Origin: an uncultured Candidatus Saccharibacteria bacterium
GTDB lineage: Bacteria > Patescibacteriota > Minisyncoccia > Phycocordibacterales > PALSA-1337
Reading direction: 5' to 3'
Assembly: GCA_964481175.1 (NCBI GenBank)
Contig: CAYZSZ010000001.1
Location: 1,602 to 65,601, forward strand
Length of the DNA: 64,000 nucleotides
The notes under the pieces are model-generated. The model searched no databases. It saw nothing but the letters and a program-made list of their open reading frames with translations, and was not told the DNA's origin. How positions within the stretch are numbered: the stretch's first letter is position 1; each line of letters starts with the position of its first letter. Of the stretch, positions 10,223 through 19,300 are shown one piece after another. A program made the position numbers and the translations under genes.

Positions 10223-10828
10223 ATGAAAATAGGACCAAAATACAAAATTGCACGAAGACTAGGAGCTCCAATATTTGAGAAAACTCAAACACAAAAGTTT
10301 GCTATCCGAAATGCAAAGAAGCTAGAAAACAATCCTCGAGCACGTTCAAAGTCTGACTTCGGTCTCGGTATGATCGAAAAGCAAAAAGCTCGATACACCT
10401 ACGGAGTAAATGAGCGCCAGTTCGCAAACTACGTCAAAGCTGCGCTTTTGAAAAAAGGAAATACAGGAGAACTCCTCATTTCTTCACTTGAAAGCCGACT
10501 CGACAGCGTAGTATTGCGAGCAGGATTCGCTACTACCAGACGAGCTGCACGACAGATGACTTCACATGGACATATCACCGTAAACGGCAAGATCGTACGA
10601 GTACCTTCACTTTCAGTAAAGGTTGGAGACGTGATCGGTATTCGAGAGGGAAGCAAAACCAAGCCGCTTTTCGCAAGCCTGGAAGAGCGTTTAAAGACAG
10701 TAAAACTACCGTCATGGCTCAAGCTTAATTTCGATAAAAAAGAAGTAACTATAGACGGTAAGCCAGGCGCACAAAACTCTGACCTTCTCTTCAATGTGGC
10801 GACTGTGCTTGAGTTCTATACACGATAA
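10223..10828 (+). CDS. rpsD: 30S ribosomal protein S4
   Basis: EKQKAR..YG..ERQF, LESRLDSVV.R.GF, ARQ..SHGHI.VNG. Confidence 0.97.
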   Translation: MKIGPKYKIARRLGAPIFEKTQTQKFAIRNAKKLENNPRARSKSDFGLGMIEKQKARYTYGVNERQFANYVKAALLKKGNTGELLISSLESRLDSVVLRAGFATTRRAARQMTSHGHITVNGKIVRVPSLSVKVGDVIGIREGSKTKPLFASLEERLKTVKLPSWLKLNFDKKEVTIDGKPGAQNSDLLFNVATVLEFYTR

Positions 10829-10896
10829 TTTGCAAAATATTAGAAAGTAGTGTACAATGTTTCGACTGATTTAATAATGTTAACTAGCTAAAAAAT

Positions 10897-11859
10897 ATGT
10901 CTCTTACCAACGTCGTTGTGCCATCAAAACCAAAAATCGTTAAAGAAGAAGGTTTTATGGGAATATATGAAATTGACGGACTCTATCCAGGGTACGGTCA
11001 TACGCTCGGGAACTCACTCCGACGTATCATTTTGTCATCTATTCCAGGTGCAGCTATCACAAAAGTTAAAATCGCAGGTGTAGAGCATGAGTTTTCAACT
11101 ATTGAAGGTGTAAAAGAAGACGTTATCAACGTACTTTTGAACCTCAAGCGACTCCGCCTAAAAGTTACCGGTGATGAGCCACAGACTATTTTCATAAAAG
11201 CAAAAGGGACAAAGACAGTTACAGGAAAAGACGTCGAAGTTCCAGGACAGGTAGAAGTTTTGAATCCAGAGCTACACATTGCAGAGCTTACCAGCAAGAC
11301 AGCTGAGCTCGATATCGAAGCAACAGTACAGCAAGGTCTCGGTTACGTGCCAAAAGAAATCATCGAAAAAGAGCGAGTTGAGATCGGTGCTATTTCTCTC
11401 GACGCTATCTTTACCCCTATCCGACGAGTAAACTACGAAGTAGAAAACATGCGAGTTGGAGACCGAACAGATTTCAACCGACTACGCATCTCTATCGAAA
11501 CTGATGGTACTCTTACTCCAAAAGAAGCTCTTGAGCAGTCAATCACCACTATGATCATGCAGCTGAAAGCTGTAGTCGGCTACCGAGAGGAAGAAGAGGT
11601 TCCTGCTACTCCTGTGAAGGAGAGCGAGGGTGACACTTCTACAAAGAAAGAAGTAGACGTAGAGTTTTTGAAGACACGCATCGATGATATTGGGCTTTCA
11701 GCTCGAACTGTAAAGGCTTTGACAGCTGCAAATATTCGCACTGTTGGTGGTCTTGCACGAAAGAAGGAAGCTGATATCCTAGATGTCGAAGGTTTGGGAA
11801 GCAAAGGTATTCAGGAAATCAAGAAAACTCTCAGCAACTACGGCATTACTCTAAAATAA
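10897..11859 (+). CDS. rpoA: RNA polymerase alpha subunit
   Basis: GYGHTLGNSLRRIILSS, HEFSTIEGVKED, DAIFTPIRRV; alpha-CTD present. Confidence 0.98.
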   Translation: MSLTNVVVPSKPKIVKEEGFMGIYEIDGLYPGYGHTLGNSLRRIILSSIPGAAITKVKIAGVEHEFSTIEGVKEDVINVLLNLKRLRLKVTGDEPQTIFIKAKGTKTVTGKDVEVPGQVEVLNPELHIAELTSKTAELDIEATVQQGLGYVPKEIIEKERVEIGAISLDAIFTPIRRVNYEVENMRVGDRTDFNRLRISIETDGTLTPKEALEQSITTMIMQLKAVVGYREEEEVPATPVKESEGDTSTKKEVDVEFLKTRIDDIGLSARTVKALTAANIRTVGGLARKKEADILDVEGLGSKGIQEIKKTLSNYGITLK

Positions 11860-11860
11860 C

Positions 11861-12211
11861 ATGCGACATCATTCGAATAAACGAAAATTTGGTAGAGAAC
11901 AAGGACAGCGAAATGCTTTGATGAAAAGCCTTGCTATTTCTCTTGTAAAACACGAAAAAATCGAGACAACTCTTGCAAAAGCAAAGGAGCTTCGACCATA
12001 CGCAGAAAAGCTTGTCACACGAGCAAAGTCTGATACTATTGCTTCACGACGACTTTTGATTTCACGCACAGGAAACGAGCTCGCAGCAAAAAAGCTAGTT
12101 GAAACATTGGCTCCAAAATACAAGTCTCGAAACGGAGGCTACACTCGTATCATAAAGACAGGTCGACGACTAAAAGACGGCAGCAACATGGCTGTAATAG
12201 AATTTGTATAA
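11861..12211 (+). CDS. rplQ: 50S ribosomal protein L17
   Basis: MRH..., IETTLAKAKELR, RNGGYTRIIK. Confidence 0.97.
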   Translation: MRHHSNKRKFGREQGQRNALMKSLAISLVKHEKIETTLAKAKELRPYAEKLVTRAKSDTIASRRLLISRTGNELAAKKLVETLAPKYKSRNGGYTRIIKTGRRLKDGSNMAVIEFV

Positions 12212-12215
12212 TTAT

Positions 12216-12557
12216 ATGATTACCATTGACGCAACAGGAAAAAAACTAGGACGAGTAGCAAGTGAAGCTGCTTCTTACCTCATGGGTAAAAAGACAACTG
12301 CTTTTGCTCGAAACAAAGTAACTGATGTAAAAGTTAGCATCACAAATACTGCAAAGGCTGACATCAACGAAAAGAAACTCAACTCAACTGAGTACACCAC
12401 ATTCACAGGTTTCCGAGGTGGTATATATTCTGAAAAGATGAGTGAAATCGTTGCAAAGAAAGGCTTCAAGGAAGTATTTGAACGAGCAGTCTACGGTATG
12501 CTTCCAAAAAACAAGCTTACAAAGGCTATGATGAAAAATCTAACTATCACCGAATAA
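12216..12557 (+). CDS. rplM: 50S ribosomal protein L13 (short)
   Basis: IDATGKKLGRVAS..A..LMGK, AVYGMLPKNKL; upstream of rpsI. Confidence 0.93.
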   Translation: MITIDATGKKLGRVASEAASYLMGKKTTAFARNKVTDVKVSITNTAKADINEKKLNSTEYTTFTGFRGGIYSEKMSEIVAKKGFKEVFERAVYGMLPKNKLTKAMMKNLTITE

Positions 12558-12558
12558 T

Positions 12559-12960
12559 ATGAAAGCTACTGACAAATACATCGAAACAATTGGACGACGA
12601 AAGACAGCTACCGCTCGAGTACGTATGACTCCTGCTGCAAAGACCTCATATGTCATCAACGACAAGGAGCTCGCTGCTTACTTTCCTACAAAGCAACTAC
12701 AGGACACTGTTACTTCAGCAATCACTGACTCAAAGACAGTAGAAAAATTTAAAGTAACCGTTATTGCAAAAGGAGGTGGTATCGCTGGACAGGCTGTTGC
12801 TGTTCGACACGGTATCGCACGAGGGCTAAACGAATACGACGCACTACTCCGACCAGTGCTCAAGAAAGCAGGTTTCCTCAAACGAGATCCACGAGCAAAG
12901 GAACGAAGAAAGTTCGGTCTCAAGAAAGCTCGAAAGGCTCCACAGTGGTCAAAACGATAA
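12559..12960 (+). CDS. rpsI: 30S ribosomal protein S9
   Basis: GRRKTATARV, GGG..GQA.A, RDPR.KERRKFGLKKARKAPQWSKR. Confidence 0.98.
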   Translation: MKATDKYIETIGRRKTATARVRMTPAAKTSYVINDKELAAYFPTKQLQDTVTSAITDSKTVEKFKVTVIAKGGGIAGQAVAVRHGIARGLNEYDALLRPVLKKAGFLKRDPRAKERRKFGLKKARKAPQWSKR

Positions 12961-12963
12961 TTC

Positions 12964-13003
12964 AAAAAGAGAAAGCCCGCCGTCTGGTGGGTTTTTTCTT
13001 TTT
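12964..13003 (+). terminator. Intrinsic terminator after the ribosomal protein operon
   Basis: AAAGCCCGCC-GTCT-GGTGGGTTTT followed by a T tract. Confidence 0.8.
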
Positions 13004-13023
13004 GTGGTATAAATATCGCAGCT

Positions 13024-13218
13024 ATGAAGACCATCCTCACCACAATCGGGATCTGTGTAATCGCACTAATCCTCTTGGCTGTCATTCTGTTCTTTACCCT
13101 CAGGGCTTTCTTGAAAAGAAACGGCCCTCCTGAGCCCAGGCCCCGAGACGACAACCCCTTCAAAAACCCTCTGGAACTTCCTGAATACCCAGAAGGAGTT
13201 TCGAAAGGGGACATCTGA
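13024..13218 (+). CDS. Small membrane protein (64 aa, TM + Pro-rich tail), relatively GC-rich
   Basis: TGG-TATAAA -10 just upstream; hydrophobic N-terminus; hairpin + terminator at 13219-13275. Confidence 0.6.
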   Translation: MKTILTTIGICVIALILLAVILFFTLRAFLKRNGPPEPRPRDDNPFKNPLELPEYPEGVSKGDI

Positions 13219-13300
13219 GTGTGCACCACACGCTCCACCCACCACAAACAACCCACGTGGTGGGCTTGTTGTTTTAATAACTAATATGTATACTCATTTC

Positions 13301-13855
13301 ATGAATGAAGAAGAAATAAAGTACGAAGAAACTGATCTCGACGACTCTGTCGTGACAGAGGAAAATGCAGTCGAGGCTGTTAAAAAGCTAAAAGAAAAAC
13401 TAAAGAAAGCGCTTGCAGAAAAGCAAGAGTATTTGACTGGTTGGCAAAAAGCTAAAGCTGATTTTATCAACGCACGCAAGAAAGATGAAGAGTCACAAAA
13501 AGAGTTTTTAAAGTACGCTAACGAGGGAATCATCACTGAGCTCATTGCTACCGTCGATAGTTTCAATATGGCTTTTGCAAACAAAGAATCATGGGAGAAG
13601 GTAGATAAAAACTGGAGAATGGGAGTTGAGTATATTTACAGCCAGTTCTTTAAAACTCTTGAGAGCTATGGACTCAAGGAGATAAATCCTCTAAATGAAA
13701 AGTTCGACCCTACCCGAGACGAAGCGACTGCATACGAGCCAGTTACCGAAGAAGCAAAAGATCATATGATCATTGAAGTAGTACAGAAAGGATATTCTCT
13801 AAACGGAAAAGTGTTAAAGGCACCAAAAGTAAAAGTAGGGGAGTTTAAAAAATAA
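13301..13855 (+). CDS. grpE: Nucleotide exchange factor GrpE
   Basis: ADFINARKK, FDP...EA, VVQKGYSLNGKVLKAPKVKV; upstream of dnaK. Confidence 0.95.
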   Translation: MNEEEIKYEETDLDDSVVTEENAVEAVKKLKEKLKKALAEKQEYLTGWQKAKADFINARKKDEESQKEFLKYANEGIITELIATVDSFNMAFANKESWEKVDKNWRMGVEYIYSQFFKTLESYGLKEINPLNEKFDPTRDEATAYEPVTEEAKDHMIIEVVQKGYSLNGKVLKAPKVKVGEFKK

Positions 13856-13990
13856 GAAACGGCCGGCCCTCATGGACCGACCGTTGAACCCAAAGCTTCC
13901 GCTGCCCAACTTGTGAAGATGTCCGAGTTGCCCCAGACTTCCTGAACAAAAAGCGGATGCCTTGGACCCAGCTATGCTACAGGCATAACC
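13850..13990 (-). ncRNA. Putative stand-alone structured small RNA (~140 nt)
   Basis: Minus-strand TTGACA(14025-14020)-17 bp-TAATAT(14002-13997); 5' hairpin, long GCAA-capped hairpin and GC terminator; G-U pairs form only on the minus strand. Confidence 0.6.
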
Positions 13991-14061
13991 ACTGATATAT
14001 TACTACTTTATATAGAATATGTCAATAGTAGTATAGCCAAAACTTTGATATAATTTCACAT

Positions 14062-14349
14062 ATGTTAGTAACTACCCGCGGACAAAAAGTAATAGAGAAA
14101 ATTGTCACCAATCGTAAAGGACAAATGATGCGAGTGGCTTTTCTCGTCACTGAGATTGCTGGGGCTATCCAGGTAAAAGTCCTCTCAGCTACTCCTGTCG
14201 TTGCGCTTACTTCTGTTGCTCTTGCTATCGTTGGAAATGTTCAAAATATAGTAAATAAATTTTCTGCAACTTACTCTGAATTCGTTTCTGGTTTTTCTGA
14301 CTTTGCATTTTTCATGAGCCAACCAACACGAGCTCCGGCGTTTATATAA
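14062..14349 (+). CDS. Small hypothetical protein directly upstream of dnaK, ending ...QPTRAPAFI
   Basis: TGA-TATAAT 7 nt before the ATG; 95 aa. Confidence 0.7.
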   Translation: MLVTTRGQKVIEKIVTNRKGQMMRVAFLVTEIAGAIQVKVLSATPVVALTSVALAIVGNVQNIVNKFSATYSEFVSGFSDFAFFMSQPTRAPAFI

Positions 14350-14380
14350 TTTTTCTTATTAGAATTAATTATATTTAACT

Positions 14381-16255
14381 ATGTCTAAAATAATCGGAAT
14401 CGATCTTGGAACCACCAACTCTGCAGTTGCAGTGATGGAACTCGGAACTCCAAAGATCCTAGAAAACGCAGAAGGTGCTCGTACGACTCCATCTATCGTC
14501 GCTCAGTCTAAAACTGGCGAGAGAATGGTGGGACTACTAGCAAAACGACAAGGTGTTACAAACCCAAAAAATACGATATATCAGATCAAGCGATTTATCG
14601 GTCACACCTTTGACGATGCAGCAGTGCAGAAAGATCGCTCATCAGTGCCATTCGAAATGCAGAAATCTGCAAGCGGAGGTATCGAAGTAAAAATGGGAGA
14701 CAAATGGAATCGTCCAGAAGAAATCTCTGCGATGATTTTGCAAAAGCTAAAGGCAGATGCAGAAGCACGACTCGGTGAACCAGTCACAGAGGCAGTGATC
14801 ACCGTGCCTGCATACTTTAACGATGCACAGCGACAAGCAACAAAAGACGCTGGAAAGATCGCAGGACTCGATGTAAAGCGAATCATCAACGAGCCGACCG
14901 CAGCAGCACTCGCATATGGCTTCAACAAAAAGAAAGATGAAAAAATTGTGGTCTTCGACTTTGGAGGAGGTACATTCGACATATCAGTACTCGAAGTAGG
15001 AGATGATGTAGTCGAAGTAAAATCAACTGATGGAGATGCGCACCTCGGAGGAAAGGATATCGACCAAAAGATCATCAACTGGCTCGCAGACGAGTTCAAA
15101 AAGACTTCGGGTATCGATGTACGAGGCGATGCACTCGCACTTCAGCGACTCGACGAAGCAGCAGAGAAGGCAAAGATTGAGCTTTCAACTGCCATGCAGA
15201 CTGAGGTAAACATCCCATTCATTACTTCAGGTGCAAATGGTCCTCAGCACTTGCTCCTCACGATGACTCGAGCAAAACTCGAAGAGCTCACCGCAGAGTT
15301 TATCGACCGAGCGATGGCAATCACCAAGCGAGCGATGGAAGCTTCACCATTTAAAATCGCTGATATCAACGAAGTCATCCTCGTCGGAGGACAGACTCGT
15401 ATGCCAGCGATCCAAGCGGCCGTAAAGAACTACTTTGGAAAGGAGCTCCACATGGGAGTAAACCCTGACGAAGTAGTAGCTATCGGTGCAGCGATCCAGG
15501 GAGGTATCCTTGCTGGAGATGTAAAAGACGTACTGCTTCTCGATGTGATCCCGCTATCTCTCGGCATCGAAACCATGGGAGGAGTGGCTACAAAGCTCAT
15601 CGAAAAGAACACGACTATCCCAACATAAAAGTCACAGGTATTCTCAACAGCCGCTGATAACCAGACCGATGTAACGATCCACATCGTTCAGGGAGAACGA
15701 CCGATGGTGGCGGACAACAAGTCACTCGGACAGTTTAACCTCGGTGGTATCGCTCCGGCTCCACGTGGTACTCCACAAATCGAAGTCACTTTTGACATCG
15801 ATGCAAACGGAATTCTCAACGTTTCAGCAAAAGATAAAGCAACTGGAAAATCAAGCTCTATCAAAATCACTGCAAGCTCAGGTCTTTCAAAAGAAGAGGT
15901 AGAGAAAATGCAGAAGGAAGCTGAGATGCACAAAGCAGAAGATGAAAAGAAAAAAGCAGCTGTCGAAGCAAAAAACTTTGCGGAGCAGATGATTTACACT
16001 GCTGAAAAATCTTTGAAAGACTTCAAGGATAAAATCCCAGCTGATGTAACCAAGTCTATCGAGGACAAAGTAGCGGCTCTCAAGACAGTAAAAGAGGGAA
16101 CTGATGCAGCGGCGATAAAGTCAGCAACAGATGCATTGTCTGCTGAACTACAGAAGATCGGAGACATTGTAAACAAAGCTCAAGCAGAACAACCAAAGAA
16201 AGAAGAAGGTGGAGATCCTAATGTTCGAGACGCTGAGTTTAAAGAGAAGAAATAA
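14381..16255 (+). CDS. dnaK: Chaperone DnaK interrupted by one in-frame TAA (15626-15628); sequencing error or nonsense allele
   Basis: [25 protein letters not shown]. After the stop the frame continues [26 protein letters not shown] into ORF 15704..16255. Confidence 0.93.
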
Positions 16256-16288
16256 ACAAAAAAGCCCCTTGACCAAGGGTGCTTTTTT
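16256..16288 (+). terminator. Intrinsic terminator after dnaK
   Basis: AAAAAAGC-CCCTT-GACC-AAGGG-T-GCTTTTTT. Confidence 0.75.
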
Positions 16289-16305
16289 GTTATAGTGAAG
16301 CCACT

Positions 16306-19300
16306 ATGAAAAAACTAATCCCGGTAATCCTATTTTCTTTATTGCTGCCAGTTTTTGTTGTTTTTGCTCAGACTCCGGCATATAAAGACATGACTTATGT
16401 GAGTGGCTTTGCTCCAGCAACTTCGATGGAGTTTGCCCCGGACGGTAGAATATTTGTAGCAGAACGTGGAGGTAAGGTGCGAGTCATCAAAAACGGCCAG
16501 CTACTACCGACGCCTTTTTTGACTGTCTCTGTGGCACTAAATGGAGAACGTGGTCTAAGCGGTATCACACTCGACCCAAACTTTAGAACAAATGGGTATG
16601 TTTATATCTATTACACACGTGCAAACGAACCTATAAAAAATAGACTCAGCAGATTTACCGTAAGCGCAACAAATCCAGATGTAGCAGACCCGAACTCTGA
16701 AAAAATACTCATTGATGATATTGGATCTGACTCAGGCATACACAATGGCGGGGCACTGCACTTTGGTAAAGACGGAAAACTATATGTCGCTGTCGGTGAC
16801 GGTGGGTCATTCCGAGCAAATGCACAAATTCTTACGAATCTATCTGGAAAGATTTTAAGAATAAATCCAGACGGGACTATTCCAAATGATAATCCATTTA
16901 TCGGATACTCTCTACCAGGAGTGCGCACTGAGATCTGGGCATTTGGCTTTAGAAATCCATTTACGTTTGCAGTAGACCCGGTGAGTGGAAAGATCTATGT
17001 AAACGACGTAGGCGAAACAACGTGGGAAGAGATTAATATCTTGCAACGTGACGGTAACTACACATGGCCAAGATGTGAAGGTCCGCAAAATACTGGGGTA
17101 GGTGAATGCGCTGATTCAGATTTCCAGTATCCACTATACGCCTACAATCACAATAAAAAAGGGGCTTCAATAACTGGTGCCGCTTTTTACAAAGGAGACT
17201 ACTACTTTGGTGATATGGTTTTAAAGGTTATTCGAAAGATGAATTCGAATAATGCTGTTTCCGATTTTATTTCTACATCAGAACTACCTGTAGATATCGA
17301 TGCGGGCCCAGATGGAAACTTGTATTACCTAGGTTATGGGGGAAAGGTGATGAAAATAGTTGCTCAGGACACTCCAATAAACGGTTTATGCGCGGTGACC
17401 GTAGTAAATATCTGCCACTCAGGAACTTTCACCGACCTACCTGACTCTGCAACACATGCACTATGGAGCTGTGTCGGATCATCTGGAGGAACAACAGCTT
17501 CATGTAGTGTACCGCTCAGCTCCAACAAGCTGCCAACTGCAACCATTACTACTCCAGTTGTAAATGCAAAGTACAACGCTGGCCAAACTATATCTTTTTC
17601 CGGAACAGGGACAGATCCCGAAGACGGCACACTACCCGCAAGTGCTTTTTCTTGGTCAGTAGTGTTTCATCACAATACTCACACACATCCATTCCTTGGC
17701 CCAATCACTGGAAAGACTGGAGATTCTTTTGTTGTACCAAACACAGGAGAGCTTGCAGATGATGTCTGGTATCGTATATATCTCACTGTAACTGATTCGA
17801 AAGGTGCAAAGAGCGAAGTGTATAGAGATGTATATCCAAATGTAGTAACACTAACCTTTAGAACAAACCCGGCAGGAAAAAATGTTACCGTAGACGGGCA
17901 ACCACAGACTACACCTTACGTAGTTAAAAGTGTTGTGGGTATGAAACGTATCATATCGGTAGATTCACAAGATTTCTTTGAGTGGTCAAACAATGGCGCA
18001 CGCGAGCAGACTATAACTACACCAACTACAGATACTGCCTATACCGCATCATTTAGTGCTCCAAGACCGACAAGTGTTGTTATGCAGCCATACTACGGCT
18101 CAGGTGATCTTTCTATTCACATGCAAAAAGAAGTTGACGATCGTATTGGAGGGAATATGGCTAATGCCACAACAAAATCACTTTGGTACACTCGAGGCTC
18201 AAACACAGCGGCTTGGGAGCAAAATCCATTCACATTTCTTCGTGGTAATGGGATCGGTATCGATCTCAATGGACAATCACCGTGGAACTCACTAGGTCAG
18301 TATGCTCGATCTGGTACGTTGATTTCGCCTCGACATATTATCTTTGCCAAACATTTTCGTCTTAGTGCTGGGACAACAGTTGTCTTTGTAGATTCAACAA
18401 ATAGAATTGTCGAAAGAACAATTGAAAAAGTAGAGCTCGCGCCAGACCCACTAGATATTGGTGTTGGATTACTAAACAAAGATGTACCAGAGAATATTCC
18501 TTTTTATCCGATTATCTCCCGAAGTATTTGGCAGCAATATCTTGGCAACGTTGGAACAAATGTAGATATTCCTATCATTTATCTCGACCTTGAAGACAAG
18601 ATTGGGGTTCATGTAATCAAAGCAAATGCACTCTACAGCAACAGCGCCAACCTTTCACACGTAAAAGGCACAGGAAAACGAGCTGAGTTCGACGAACCAA
18701 TAGTACTAGGTGACTCCGGAAATCCTGCTTTCGCAATTATTGGTGGTCAACCCGTGCTCTTGTTTACCCACTTTGATTTTCCATTTGGACCAAACTTCGC
18801 TACCCATTTCGATCTGATCAATGGTCTGATGACAAAACTGGGTGGAGGCTACCAATTGTCGACTTTGGATTTGTCACGCTTTGATACCTCAGTGCCAAAA
18901 TTTACTCTAACAGTATCAAAACCGATTGGAGGGACTGTTATTGCCGCTGGTGGAATAAACTGTGGTACAAACTGCTCCGCTCAATACAATAAAGATACCG
19001 AGGTTTCACTTGCAGCAGATAAGGCTACAGGATATGTATTTAGCGGCTGGTCTGGTGACTGTACGGGAACTGGCCTTTGTACTGTAAAAATGGATAAAGC
19101 AAAAACAGTCACTGCGAATTTCACAGTGGCTAACACTGCGCCTATTGCACAAAATGCGACCTTTACATTTTCTGGAACTTCAACAACAGTGGCACTTTCT
19201 GCAAGTGATGCACAAAACGATTCACTCACATACACACTAAGTACACTTTCAACTCCAAAAGGGACTTTGACCAAAGTAAACGAAACGACATACACATATA

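Noticed and set aside
12678-13256. 192-aa minus-strand ORF and the many other short ORFs opposite housekeeping genes
   Set aside because: They overlap well-supported genes and terminators and show no recognisable motifs.
13890-13965. SRP (4.5S) RNA identity for the grpE-dnaK sRNA
   Set aside because: TCAGG and GCAGC are present but not in the helix-8 spacing around a GGAA loop; left unassigned pending an Rfam search.
15626-15628. Alternative genetic code explaining the dnaK stop
   Set aside because: The stop is TAA, which ends many genes here. TGA also acts as a stop (e.g. 4927, 40389), so code 25 does not apply.
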